From assembly GCA_964016885.1 (NCBI GenBank), contig OZ024742.1, positions 67,270,001-67,334,000 on the forward strand: a stretch of DNA of 64,000 bases, written 5' to 3'. Below, piece by piece: positions 27,126 to 40,740 of the stretch (position 1 is the first letter of the stretch; every line of letters begins with the position of its first letter). The notes under the pieces are model-generated. The model was not told the DNA's origin. It searched no databases and saw only the letters and a list, made by a program, of their open reading frames with translations. Source of the stretch: Eledone cirrhosa. Its lineage: Eukaryota. The position numbers were made by a program, and so were the translations under genes.

Positions 27126-27126
<1 letters not shown>
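26521..27126 (+). mobile_element. Inverted 5' segment of the same RTE (5'UTR + APE N-terminus)
   Basis: ATG at ~26731; MGTLNVRT, LAIQEHR, AVGGVGL, then (TA)n; continues logically into NLLVREIMPISPRVL on the minus strand from 26520. Confidence 0.9.
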
Positions 27127-27156
<30 letters not shown>

Positions 27157-27160
27157 GTGT

Positions 27161-27213
<53 letters not shown>

Positions 27214-28559
27214 CGCGCGCGCGCGCACGTGTGTGTGTCTGTGTGTGTTGCCTACCTACTGTTAACTGAACCGTGCATATCCTGCCTCTTTTCACACTAG
27301 ATATTTTCTTTAACAGCCCATCTGAAATCATTAATCATAAACTTTTTCCTTTTAATATTGAATATTTGAATTGAAAATATATTTGAATTGAATGTAAACA
27401 ATATTTGAATTTAAAATTATATATATATTAATAATATTAAAAGAATTAAACGTCGTGCTTTCGAAAACATGACTGAATAATATGGAGGAAGTTAAAAATA
27501 TGCTAAAACATTCAATGCCACTATATAGCTACCCCATCACATCTTAACAAACCTTCATGTCATCGGAATTAAAGGTTACCAATCATTGAAGCGCTTTAAT
27601 GTTGACATCTCAATGGCTGCTGTGGTTGTTGTTAGCTTAGTGAATATGTCAATCAGCAAATATTTATTGTATTTCATATATGATTCATGGACTTCATAAA
27701 CTATATCGCATTATTAACAAGAAAGAAATGATTTTTAAACCTAAAAATGTAACAATATAATACTGCTAACAACTGTAACAAAACACTTTTAAAAACATTA
27801 TTATGGTTGTAATTGTTGTTGCTGTTGTTGTTGTTGTTGCTATCATTGTTGTTATTTCAAAATTAAAAAAATATAGCTAGTTATACAACACACAACTCAT
27901 TCTTTCATTTTCCTTTCTTGCATCATTCCTGCGTTGTGTTTTAAAATCCCTTCCATCCATTCATTATAATGACAGATAAATTTAATTTCTATCCAATCCA
28001 AAAGATTCCAACTAATTCAACAATGGGAATTTCTCATTGTCTTTGGCATAAATTCCTTTATATGACGTGAAATCGATTCGTTTAAAAGGATGCCATTACA
28101 GTACAAAAAGCAAAATTACAAATATATAGACATTGTAGCGTATAAAAATTACAATGCATGTTGTAGCGTATACAAATTACAAGGCATAAACATTTACATT
28201 ACCCAAAATTAGTACATGTATAAACATGATGAAACACAACAAAATATAAAAAGCAGGAGGAAAGATGTAAAATCAAAATAGACAAGCATAGAAAATATAT
28301 TCAAAACACTCCACACACACATACAAAAATATATATAAAAGGGAAGGGCAAGATGTGTAAGGTGAGAAATGTTGTTGATTGTATTCTCTTAATTCCAGTA
28401 TGTTATTGGTAATGTTAATATTTATTTAATCAAGAACGCGAAGCCAAGTAGGAGATCCAAGGAATATGAAGAGAAGCCACGTAAATTAAATATATGTGTA
28501 TATGTGTGTATATGTGTATGTAGGTGTATGTATGTATATATATACGTGTGTGGAATTGA

Positions 28560-28593
<34 letters not shown>

Positions 28594-28595
28594 AT

Positions 28596-30115
28596 CTAAG
28601 GCGGGTAAAATTCCCGAGATCCATGGACGAGTTCTCTCCAGCGGTCTCTGTCCCTCATTATCGCTGCCATGTCCTGCGTCTCCAACAGACCAGTGTCTGT
28701 CCTTAGGGCATCAACATATGTTAACCTTGGTCTTCCTCTTCCAGTGTGTCCATGTAGGGGCTCCCAAAGGAGCACTGAGTGCAATGTCAACTCTGGATGT
28801 CGGTGAGCATGTCCAGCCAACCTCAGTCTCCTCTGTGTCACTTTTGAGCTGACTTTTGGGAGGCTCCCATACAGCTCTGAGTTTTTCATCCTCAGTGTAT
28901 ACTGATTAATGTTCAGAGCCATCCTCAGCATTCTCGTGTAGCACCCATCCACCATCTGAGTGAGTCTCTTGGTCAGTGTCCAAGTCTCAGACCCATACAG
29001 CAGCACAGACTCCACTACAGCAATGAAGAGGCGGATTTTCAGGTCTCTACGAAGGTCCGACTTCCACACCGATCTCAAGCTGTGGCACGCCGCCCAGGCC
29101 TTGCTCTTCCTCTCAACCACATCATCTTCCGTATTCCCAATCTTTGCTCCCAAATACAGGAAGTCCTCAACCAATTCCAGCGGCTTCCCGCCTACATTAG
29201 TGATCCCCTCTGGCTTCTCAACATTCTCTACCAGATATTTTGTTTTAGTCTCATTCATTCTCAGCCCCACACTCATCGACACAGTCTCAACCTCCCGCAT
29301 CAAATCCTCTGCCTCCTTCACTGTATTTGTCACCAAAACTATGTCGTCGGCAAATTCAGCATCCGATACCTTTTTCGCCCCAACTCTCCTGCTCTGAGCC
29401 GGTGCTACAGTAAAGCCAGAGTCCTGGTGTTTCTCCAGTGCAAGGCGCATACAATAGTCCACTACGATGATAAAAAGGTAGGGAGCCAATGTATCTCCCT
29501 GGAGCACTCCAGCCAGTATCTCAAAGAACTCTGTCATCCCATCAGCTGTAATGACTTGGGCTTTGGTGTTGGTGTAGAGCAGTGATATCAGGTCCACTAT
29601 CCTCTTGGGGATTCCATAAGCCTGTAAGATCTTCATCAGGCAGTAACGGTCCACAGAATCAAAGGCCTTCCTAAAGTCAATGAAAACCATGACCGCAGGA
29701 AGGCACTTTGCTCTAGCTCCCTCTAATATCCTCCTCAGCATCAGGATGTGACTGGTGGTTGATCTACCCTCTCTGAAGCCGTTCTGGTTGTCCCTGAGCT
29801 TCTTCTCCATCTCAGGCTGGATCCTGTTAAGAATCATCCTGTTGAGGGTCTTTGCCACAAGTGACGTCAGTGAGATCCCCCGGTAGTTGTTGGTGTTAGA
29901 GAGATCTCCCTTCTTTGGCACTGGGACGATGTTACTGATCCTCCACTGATTCGGGGCAACTCCTTTCTCCAGTGCCCCGTTACAGAACCCCAGGATGATA
30001 TCATCAAAATCACACCTCTTCATCACCTCTGATGCCACTCCATCCTCTCCATGAGCCTTGCCCTCCTTGATCTTCTTCTTGGCTCTCTGAAGCTCCTCTC
30101 TGGTGAAGGGCTCTG
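28596..30115 (-). mobile_element. 5'-truncated RTE LINE copy 2 (open RT reading frame), flanked by (TA)n
   Basis: 480-aa ORF nearly identical to 23839-25281; GVLQGDTLAP, EFADD. Confidence 0.95.
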
Positions 30116-30139
30116 TATATATATATATATCCGTTAGGT

Positions 30140-30710
30140 TTTGATTGTTGACATGCTTACACGTGCCGTGGTGGCCTCTCTGTCCGCAATCTTTGCGGCC
30201 CGTTTTACCGTCGTAAAAAACCCTTCTGGATTATCTCCCTTTCCCTTCTGCTCACTTTTGGTTGCCCGTGTCTCTCTCTAACTTTCTCCTGTCTATGCGA
30301 GAGGCAGCACGATCATACCAGCTCTGTGTCGTAGCTGACCAACAGGCTAAAGTCTCCCAGGTTGGCCACCCCACAACTTACTTTCCCTATTTTTCCAAGG
30401 TTACTTTTTTGCATGTTTCTTTCACCTGTCTCTTCCCACGATGGGATCTGCACACTTTTTTCTTCTATTCCTTTCCTATTTTTCCCCTTCTTCCTCTCTC
30501 CCCATCTTCTTCCCCCCTGTTCTTCCTCATTTCCGTCTCTTTCCTTTTCTCTCTCCCTTTTCTTTCTCTCTTTCTCTCTCCTTTTCCACCTGGCCTTTTG
30601 ATTAATAAAAGGCCTCGGGAGCACTCGAACTACACCGATGTCCTGTAATTCAGCGCCGAAACATAGGTTCGGGATACATTTACAGCTGACGATGGAAACT
30701 CCTTTCTTTC
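30140..30710. repeat. Interspersed repeat homologous to 7005-7520 (inverted)
   Basis: Direct comparison, e.g. gtcctgtaattcagcgcc vs ggcgctgaattacaggac. Confidence 0.8.
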
Positions 30711-30787
30711 TCCTCTTCTTCCGTCCTAACCACCATCCTAAACCTTGTTTTTAGTAACCACACAGCTCCTTTCGTTTCATAACTTTT

Positions 30788-30837
<50 letters not shown>

Positions 30838-30892
30838 TATGTAAAATAATTAAGTCAAATATTTTAAATTTTGCTTCGTTTATTAAAGATGT

Positions 30893-30947
30893 ACTGCTAT
30901 ATATATTTCGGTGACAGCCATCATTGGCTGTGACCTCTTCAGGCAGT
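30893..30947 (-). ncRNA. Type I hammerhead ribozyme (left arm)
   Basis: Reverse complement of 31162-31216. Confidence 0.8.
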
Positions 30948-31161
30948 CCGAATTGGTGTGTTAGAGACAGGTACAGATGTTGTTGAAGTGTTTTACTCCG
31001 TCAATACTCCGATATGTCCAGCTCCTGGTTGGGTTGTTATTTCTCTGAGGAACTGGAATCAGAGAAATAACAACCCAACCAGGAGCTGGACATATCGGAG
31101 TATTGACGGAGTAAAACACACTTCAACAACATGTGTACCTGTCTCTACCACACCAATTCGG

Positions 31162-31216
31162 ACTGCCTGAAGAGGTCACAGCCAATGATGGCTGTCACCG
31201 AAATATATATAGCAGT
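31162..31216 (+). ncRNA. Type I hammerhead ribozyme (canonical core)
   Basis: ACTGC-CTGAAGA-GGT.ACAGCCA..TGGCTGT.ACC-GAAAT-ATAT-ATA-GCAGT. Confidence 0.85.
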
Positions 31217-31382
31217 ACATCTTTAATAAACGATGCCAAATTTTAAATATTTGACTTAATTATTTTATATTACTCCGGAGTAACCAAACCAACCTGCGTA
31301 CTTCGTCGAGTGCTCCAATCTGCATACTGAGGCAAACAACCAACATATACTCAAAATTTATATATATAAATATATGTATATG

Positions 31383-31457
<75 letters not shown>

Positions 31458-31511
31458 GTGTGTGTGTGTGTATATGTATGTAAATTTATATATATGTATA
31501 TATACAGTATA

Positions 31512-31548
<37 letters not shown>

Positions 31549-31552
<4 letters not shown>

Positions 31553-32076
31553 TAGATTGAGTTAGAAACTCAAAATACTCTTTTTACAATTAAATAGCTC
31601 AAGGAAGGGATTTTTCCGAGCCGTGTAATACAATTGAATATATGAGAGGGATGAATATCGATACAAGTATACATGAGTTCGAATTGCAAATGACTAAGTT
31701 AGCTAGGTTGAAAAAATACTAATTTAAAACAATATGGTTTACCTGTCTCGATTTAAATTAATGTAATAAATATCAATAACAACCTATATTGAGCAACTGC
31801 CTTTGATACCCGGACAGATATAAAATCTGTTCCGCAGGAATTATTATGTGAAAGCCACCTTTCCTGTGCTCTTCTGCAGGTATCCATGAAATTCGTACCT
31901 TTCACTTCAAAAGATCTAAGACTGAACCACGTGTTTATATAAAAGCACATGTTGTTGCGCCTAGCGCGTCTCATACTGATGCCGCTAAAAATAGCAGTCG
32001 GTTTCATGAGAGTAAAGTTAGCTCTATGTATGGAGCCGAGAATATCATAGATTGAATTAGAAACTCAAAATAGTCT
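31549..32076 (-). mobile_element. ~495 bp TA-flanked cassette with ~33 bp terminal direct repeat and degenerate HHR (31807-31882)
   Basis: atcatagattga-ttagaaactcaaaata at both ends; minus strand TACCTG-CAGAAGA-GCACAGGAA..TTCCTGC-GGAA-CAGAT..ATCTG-TC-CGGGTA. Confidence 0.6.
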
Positions 32077-32325
32077 ATATATATATATATATGTTTGTGC
32101 ATGTGTATATATATATGTGTGTGTGTATGTATGTGCGTGTGTGTATATGTATGTATATTATATATACATATATGTATATTTGGGTGTGCGTATATATTTG
32201 TATGCGTATGTATGCGTCAGCGCATACTTATGCACTGGGCTAAATCTTAACTATTATTTACTTTTACTCTTTTAATAACCTCTTCTATTTTCATTTCACA
32301 CCATTATTTACATTATTCTTAAACT

Positions 32326-32512
32326 GAGGGTGGATTGGCAGTATCAGTAGAGGGCTGGACACAATGCTTTGCAGCATGGAGTTACGGGCCTTTACGATCT
32401 CATTTCAAATCCCGCCGAGGTTAACTTTGCCTTTCATCCTTACGGGTTCGATAAAATAAAGTACCAGTAATACACTGAGATAATTGCTAGCCTTGTGCCA
32501 AAAGCAGAAACA
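32326..32512 (+). mobile_element. Full-length tRNA-SINE with 14-bp TSD
   Basis: TSD ATTATTCTTAAACT at 32312-32325 and 32513-32526. Confidence 0.9.
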
Positions 32513-33180
32513 ATTATTCTTAAACTCCGGTGCTGGACATCATTCGATTATACTAAATAGAATATTAGTCTAATAACTCCATTTATATCATAAACGTGTT
32601 TTTGACTTTGCAAGAAATTCTTCTCCTCGCTCCCCATAACGACGTAATTATCCTCGCTTTTTTTCCATTCATTGCCAGGGAATGTCTTCACGAACCAAAG
32701 TATCGTCTTCCTGCAAAGTTTTTCGAAATGTTTACATCTGCGTGCACAGATTGATTTTTTTTTTTTTAGTTTCAGAAGATCCCGTTAATGGTGAAAGCAA
32801 CAATTCTTTGCTTAAACTTTAATCTGTTCTTATAAAAAGAAAAGTATTAATATATATATATATGTGTATGTGTGTGTGTGTGTAGGTGTTACGGTGCAAG
32901 TTAATTGCGTCCATCGGCGGTATGCCGAATAAGCACTCGGTGTTTTTCGGAAGCACAGTATCAATAGTATTAATATATAAGGTAGCAAAGAATCAGTGTA
33001 GCATCTAATACATAGTCAGGTTCGATCATTAATAGATCGTTCCTCGAGTTGATCGACAGTGAAATATGTAATATGTAATAAAATATGCATATGGTCCAAC
33101 ATTAATTCTTTTCTCCTTGCAGTGAAACATGTAATATGTATTTAAATATGTATATGATGCAACACTGTTTCTTTTATCCG

Positions 33181-33230
<50 letters not shown>

Positions 33231-33279
33231 GCACATAAACACACAATCATATAAATAACAACATCCGCACGCATGTACT

Positions 33280-33830
33280 CCCGCTATACATACGCACCCA
33301 AAGAGAACCCGTAAAACTATAGATATACGCGTCTACAGACGCCTGCCTATATGCCCACGTACATCAACTCACACACACACACACATACACACACACGCAC
33401 ACGCACACATGCGCACACACATGCATACGCGTATATGTACTCGTATACACAAACACGTACAGACATATACATAGTAACGCACACGCATATACACACACGT
33501 GTCCATATATACACACATATATATGTATATATATATATATATACATATATATACACACAAACAAGCCCTTACCCTAGAGTGAGTGCACGTACACACTGAC
33601 ACACACACAGGCTCATATACACTCTTACAAATATGCGCCTATTACCTAGAGGCCCACGTCTACCAGGTGACATACATATATACATATATCTGTCTATAAA
33701 CATATATGGAATACACACAAAGTCATATAAAGCTACACAATGGGTCATACAATGGTCATAGATGAAAGGATGCATCTTGTTATACACATGCACAAATATA
33801 AACAATATAACCATATACATACATCCATAA
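33280..33830 (-). repeat. Microsatellite-rich interspersed repeat, inverted homologue of 47120-47718
   Basis: gcgtctacagacgcctgcct / aggcaggcgtctgtagacgc; ggtcatagatga-aggatgcatcttgttatacac shared. Confidence 0.75.
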
Positions 33831-34119
33831 ACATATATATATACATATATATATATACATATATATATAAATATATATATATATATACATACACATCTAT
33901 ATATATACACGTACACATACACACACATATGTACATACACACATACATACACATATATAAAAAACTACAATATACTAACATATACATATAACGTATGTAT
34001 GACGTTTAATGAATGACGTTATATATATATTTTAGTATATTGTAGGTTTTTTTTATATATGTGTATGTATGAATATGTATATATATATGTGTATATATGT
34101 GAAGTTTTCCTTCTCCACG

Positions 34120-34906
34120 GCACCTAATATGGTCGACTATATGGCTAAAACTAACGCGGTGAAGATGGCGCACACTGGCCGTCAACCGCGGCGACAGAGT
34201 GACTGTCTTCCGGAGCGAGGAGAACCACCCAGGGACCTGCCCTCAAATGACAATCCCGCCCCCGAGGCGACCAGAGCGCCCACAGAGGGTGATGTGGTCC
34301 AGCGCCGAGAGAGAAATAGAGGCATGGAGGAGACAACAGTGTCGGCGGTACAACAACCTGAGAACCTTGAGAGGGCCATGGCAGATCCAGGCCCGGACAT
34401 CGGATGCATAAGAACTGACAACAGAACTTGTAACTGCAGAGTGGGCACCTGGTGCCCCCTACAGGGAAAATGCCTGATGAAGGACCTAATATGTGGTTAC
34501 AACCCAAAAAGCGCATCGCACCTACATCGGCGAACCATCCATGACCATTAAATCTTGGATGTATAATCATAGAAATTCCTTCAGGGACCGTAGCAAAAGT
34601 CACTCCACTAGGTTAGCGGACCTGGTGTGGGATCTGAAAGACCAAGGTACTCCGTACGCCCTGCAATGGAGTATCGCTCGCCCCGCGAGGGCATATTCGG
34701 CCGGAAGTAGAAAGTGCGGATTATGCCTACACGAGGCGATGGAGATAGTCAGACTGAAAGATGACGCCGTCAAGCTGAAGTCTGAAATTATCATGAACTG
34801 CAGACACCAGAGCAGATGCACATTTGCAGCATGGAATTCTCCGGGTGGCGCAGGCCGAGGGCATGGGAACGTGTACGCACAGACCCGAATGGCCCAACGG
34901 GATTAG
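34120..34906 (+). pseudogene. Penelope-like (Naiad-type) 3' fragment: Cys linker + GIY-YIG endonuclease, GC-rich family, frameshifted
   Basis: CNCRVGTWCPLQGKCL; TYIGE..MYNHRNSF..STRLADLVWDL..CGLCLHE..CRHQ. Confidence 0.85.
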
Positions 34907-36325
34907 GGGACTTGACGCCATGCCCTGATGACATTGTGCGACCCGTGAGGCAAACATATGTAAACCAGGGGCGCACCTGGTGAGCACACAACATTGGAAT
35001 ATACATCGCATGGGCCGGAACGGGCTAACGCGAGGCCCAGTGCCGCCCGATCTGTTACTCGAAACATATAGAACAGCACACCCCAGCCACGGTGCCATGG
35101 CCCATGGCGACCGAGTTGGCCGTCCCCTTGAATGTGTACCCCGTCAATCCTGACTATATACTCTCCATCTGTTTCACTTTGGAACAATGATTATTACTGT
35201 CATTATTGTTCTATAATTGTTCTGTTACTGTTACCTGTTCTATATACGGACACAAGTTTGCCCCTCATACTACCTGTGTGTAGTATATCACATGCATACA
35301 CGCACCTTCTCCGGTACACCACCCCATTTTTTATTTTAGCCCTTTTTTTCATGTAGCTATTTATGAAGTTACATAAAGATTTTAGTGTATCCTAAAATAT
35401 TGTAAATTTATTTATTTATTTTATTTTATTTTATTAAAATTGTGTTTATATTCGAGTGTTTTTATGTGTGGACCTGTCCGTAGGTATATGTATGTGTGTG
35501 TATATATATATATATATATATACGTGGGTATGTATGGGGGGGTGTATATGGGCATGGGTACGTATATGCAGGTGTTTATGAGCGCGTGTATGTGCAGACA
35601 TGTGCATGTATGTAAGTATGTGGCAGAGTGCGTGTGTATATGTATATATATATGTGTGTATATATAAATATATATATGTATATGTATGTATGTGTGTGTG
35701 CGTATGTACGTATAGATATGTATGAGTAGTTGTGTGTATGTGGGTGCGTAAGTCTGTATATATATGTATATATATATATGTGTGTGGGTGCGGGTGTATG
35801 CATATGTGGGCCTCTATATATGTGTATGTGTATTTGTGTATACATGTATATGTTTATGTGCATCTCACAGGAATGTGTACGGATGATTATCTATGGAGCA
35901 TATATGCATTCTATTACTATTATTCTTTTTGCATTATTTTATCATATATCCTTTGTATATATCCGTATATGTATGTATGGATGTGTGTACATGTGTGTAT
36001 ATATATATATATATAGAGAGAGAGATAGAGAGATATTATATTGTATACTATATTGATATTTTATACTTTATATTTTATATTTTATGTTATTATATTTTAC
36101 CGTTATTTTATGGTATATTGTGTTTTTTATTATATAATGTATTTTTAATTTACGGTTTTGTTTATATATGTATATGTGGAAGTACATGTATGTGTAAGCA
36201 AATATGCATATGTGCAGGTATCTGCATGTGGCAGTCCGTGTGCGTATGTACATGTAAATGTATATATGTCTGCATGTATATATGTATGTATATGTGTGGG
36301 TGTGCGTATGCATGTAGGTTGTTTT

Positions 36326-36384
<59 letters not shown>

Positions 36385-36437
36385 ATATATGTGTGTATGT
36401 AATTTTGTGTGCATATGTGTGTGTATATATATGTGTA

Positions 36438-36493
<56 letters not shown>

Positions 36494-36497
<4 letters not shown>

Positions 36498-36750
36498 AAA
36501 GTTTTATTTAAAATTGTTGGGTTACAACGAGTAAATATTTTATAACTGATATAAAAGCACTCAACAGTATTTTGGAGTATTTCAAATTTATGTCAAATTA
36601 TGTCAAAGTATGTCAAATTTATTGATAAAACTGTTTATATATTGTATTTTATCTGAAGAGGGCATACCATATTTTTAATATGATATCCCTGAAATATATA
36701 TAATGAAATAAATATGGTTTTATAAATGTAGTTTCCATTTGTTTTATATC

Positions 36751-36752
<2 letters not shown>
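36494..36752 (+). mobile_element. ~260 bp HHR cassette in (TA)n; HHR at 36647-36708
   Basis: TTTTAT-CTGAAGA-GGG..CCCT-GAAAT-ATAT-ATA-ATGAAA. Confidence 0.7.
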
Positions 36753-36819
<67 letters not shown>

Positions 36820-37329
36820 TTAAAAAATAATGAATAAAACAATGAAACAGTTCCTTATATTAAACAAAAAAAGTTCATTATCTAACGATCGTTTCTAGGA
36901 CATATATGTGTTAGAATTGGCATGCATATTCAACAGATCTATGTACAAAATTATACAAAATTATACAAACTATCAAATATAATATACATACAAACACATA
37001 CATATGCCGTCTTCAGAAATAATGAAATATATTTATTGATAATAACAACAATTCAAAATTACAGGTCTGTTTGGGAACAGAGTTCAAATTGACCAATGAA
37101 ATACACAAAAATTTATATCAAGAAAATACAGTTAGGTGTGTGTATATATGTAAGTAACCTCGTTCACAGATATGCATAAAAATATATGTTCACATGCATA
37201 CGCATGTCGAAAAAATGTATGTAAATACAAAAATTCAGGGCTAATGTCTCTGTATGTTTATAATCTACAGACAAAATACACATACGTATACAAACATATA
37301 TACACTCATATATAAACAACACATATATA

Positions 37330-38051
37330 AACAACATAGAAACCGTAATAGACGAGTTACTTGGTATAATGCTCCTTTTAATTTACAAATTAAGGATAAT
37401 ATTGCTAAAAAAAATGTTTATATCCTAGAGAAAAACTTCCCGCCAAACCACAAATACCATCAGATCTTAAATAGATCAACAGTTAAATTCTCATACTCAA
37501 CAACCAAAAACATAAAACAAAATATAAGTGCCTATAATGCATATAAATGTAAAAAAAACATAAGTATACCACCAATACATCAAACTAACCATAATATCTC
37601 CTCAAATACAGAATTAACGAAAGGTTGTAACTGTAGAAACAAAGCAAACTGCCCATTAAAAGGAAATTGTCTTGTTAATAACATAGTTTATAAATGTAAA
37701 GTTAAAACTAAAGATTCTATTTGCTCATATATAGGAGCTACTTCTAACAATTTTAAGGTAAGGTTTAATACCCACAAACATAGTTTTAAAAATGCCGCAC
37801 TGGCTAATACAACATCTCTAGCAGAAAGAATTAATAGTTATAGAAATAAGAATATAGAATATGATATGACCTGGAGTGTGCTCAAAAGAGCCACCCCTTA
37901 TCAAAATAATAGAAATGAATGTAGATTATGTTCCCAAGAACTATTTGAAATAATGAAATCTAAGGATATCCTATTAAATAAGCGACAGGAATTAATTATA
38001 TCGTGTAATCATAAACTGAGAAAAACATTTAAATATTATAAACCTAATTAA
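37330..38051 (+). pseudogene. Naiad-type PLE C-terminal ORF fragment (linker + GIY-YIG endonuclease, frame open)
   Basis: WYNAPF, KFSYS, GCNCRNKANCPLKGNCL, IVYKC..SYIGAT..FKVRFNTHKHSF, CRLC..E..LLN..CNH. Confidence 0.9.
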
Positions 38052-38900
38052 TAATATATATTTTAGAAATTAATATATAATTTAATTTAAATGTAGTTAA
38101 CCTATAACTTTAATTTAATTAAAATTCTACTACAGATGAGATTAAAAAATATTGTGTAATCATAAATTGTGAAAAACTTTTAAATATTATTAACATAATT
38201 AATATATACTTTGTAAATTAATTTATAGATTAATTTTAGTTTATTTAACCTTTTATTAAAATTCCTTTACAGATGAAATATAACAAAATATCGTGTAATC
38301 AATAACAGAGAAATATTTTTTAATATTATAAACCTAATTAATGGACAATTTAGAAATTTATTTATAAATTAATTTTAATTTAGTTAACCTATAATTTTAA
38401 TTTAGTTAACTTAAAATTAAAATTCTAATACAGATGGATTGCAGAATATCATGTAATCATAAACTGAGATAAACTTTTAAATATATACCTAATTAATATA
38501 TTCTTTACAATTAAATATATATATATATATATATATTAATTTTAATTTTTGTTAACCTATAATTATATTCTACTATAGATAAAATACAAAATCTGCTTTA
38601 ATTATTATAAACATAATTAACATATACTATAGAAATTAATATATAATTTTTAATTTAGTTAACCTATAATTTATATTCTACTACCGATGAAATACTTGAT
38701 TTGGTTTTCCCTATTACTAAACTCATTTCCTAAAATTGATACCATAATGTTAATATTTTTAATTTAGTTATGCTATAATTAATACTCTACTACTGTTTAA
38801 CTTCAAAATTCCGCTTTAAATATTATAAACCTAAGTGGTATACACCTTAGAAATCAATATATTAACTATTTTTAATTTAGTTAACCTATAATTAATAGTC
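38000..38900 (+). repeat. AT-rich degenerate tandem repeat (~140-155 bp, shortening downstream) starting in the last codons of the PLE ORF
   Basis: gtgtaatcataaa..aaatattataaacctaatta..gttaacctataa..attcta-tacagatga recurs at ~38000, 38152, 38290, 38447 and later. Confidence 0.75.
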
Positions 38901-39386
38901 TACTTATATTAAAATGCATAATTTTGCCTTCTTTCTTACATTTCCTAATACTGAAACTACTATGTAAACACATATTATGATCTAAATGCAGATTAATATT
39001 CTATGTTCCTTGAAACCTATATTTACTATTTCCCACTAATAATTTTAATCCCCTTCCCCCCCCTATAATTATTCATATTTGTAAGCGTGGATGTATGTAA
39101 GTGTATGTAAGTATGTATGTATGTTTGGGTGTTTGTGTGTGAGTATAAAAATACATATGTGCGCATGTAAATAAGGGTGTATGATTGTATATATGTAGAT
39201 ATATATATATGTATATATATATGTGTGTATATATGTGTGTGTATATATATATATGTCTGTGTGTGTGTATGTGTGTATATATATATATGTGTGTGTGTGT
39301 ATATATATTTGTAGAGATGTGTGTATGTGTATATATATATGTTTGCATAATTGTCTGACTGTGTGTATTTCTTTATTTCTTTATTT

Positions 39387-39453
<67 letters not shown>

Positions 39454-39863
39454 TGTGTGTGTATATATATTTATGTGCATGTATATATCTATATCTATAT
39501 ATATATATGTGTATATGTATATCTCTTTATTTATGTATGTCTGAGTTGTGTGTGAGCGTGTGGTTGTATGTGTATATATATACATGGATATGTGTATGTG
39601 TATGTATATATGCGTATATGTATGTGTGTGTGTCTATATGTATGTACGTGTATGTATATATATATATATATATGTGTATATATGTGTGTATATATATGTG
39701 TGTATATGTATATATGTATATGTATGTATATGTGTGTGTATGTACATGTATGTGTATATATATATGTGTGTGTTGTGAGTATATGTATATATATATGTGT
39801 GTATGTATGTGTGTTTATGTATTTATATATGTATATGTATATGTCTCTATATATATATATGTG

Positions 39864-39960
<97 letters not shown>

Positions 39961-40587
39961 ACATGTATATCGGTGTGTATTTTATGTATGAGTATATATT
40001 TTACTTGTTTATTTCTTTTTAATATATTTCTTTTTATTTCTAAATTTATAGATACATTTTATAAATAGGCAGTTGTTTGACACCCTCAGTAATTACTGAC
40101 CCCTTCACCTACTTTGATTCTGCATCTAGATGTAAATATATGTGGCAGTGTTTATGTGTGCGCCTTAATATCCATATAGTTATAAAAATAATATATACGT
40201 ATGTGTGTGTGTGTGTGTGAGTGTGTGTGTGGATATGTTCGTGGGTATGTGTATGTTTATGTGTATATGCGCGTATGTGTATGAATGTATGTATATGTGT
40301 GTATATATGAGTGTATATATGTTTGTATACGTATGTGTATTTTGTCTGTAGATTATAAACATACAGAGACATTAGCCCTGAATGTTTGTATTTACATACA
40401 TTTTTTCGACATGCGTATGCATGTGAACATATATTTTTATGCATATCTGTGAACGAGGTTACTTACATATATACACACACCTAACTGTATTTTCTTGATA
40501 TATTTTTGTGTATTTCATTGGTCAATTTGAACTCTGTTCCCAAACAGACCTGTAATTTTGAATTGTTGTTATTATCAATAAATATAT

Positions 40588-40740
40588 TTCATTATTTCTG
40601 AAGACAGCATATGTATGTGTTTGTATGTATATTATATTTGATAGTTTGTATAATTTTGTATAATTTTGTACATAGATCTGTTGAATATGCATGCCAATTC
40701 TAACACATATATGTCCTAGAAACGATCGTTAAATAATGAA
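40588..40740 (+). ncRNA. Type I hammerhead ribozyme with ~110 nt stem II insertion (inverted copy at 36874-37026)
   Basis: TTCATTATTT-CTGAAGA-C..GCATAT...ATATGTCCT.A-GAAAC-GATC-GTT-AAATAATGAA (10-bp stem I). Confidence 0.75.

Larger units (their letters stand above)
30840..31270. repeat. ~210 bp-arm near-perfect palindrome in a TA-flanked cassette, one HHR per arm
   Basis: 30840-31049 is the reverse complement of 31060-31270. Confidence 0.9.

Noticed and set aside
24203-29585. Plus-strand ORFs overlapping the RTE copies
   Set aside because: Antisense shadow frames of the RT coding sequence
34920-34975. HHR after the GC-rich Naiad ORF (CTGATGA..GCAAACATATGTA)
   Set aside because: GAAA is mutated and stem I does not pair; the position fits but the structure is unsupported
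38000-38900. CRISPR-like repeat-spacer array
   Set aside because: Whole units are homologous (no unique spacers), the context is eukaryotic and there are no cas genes
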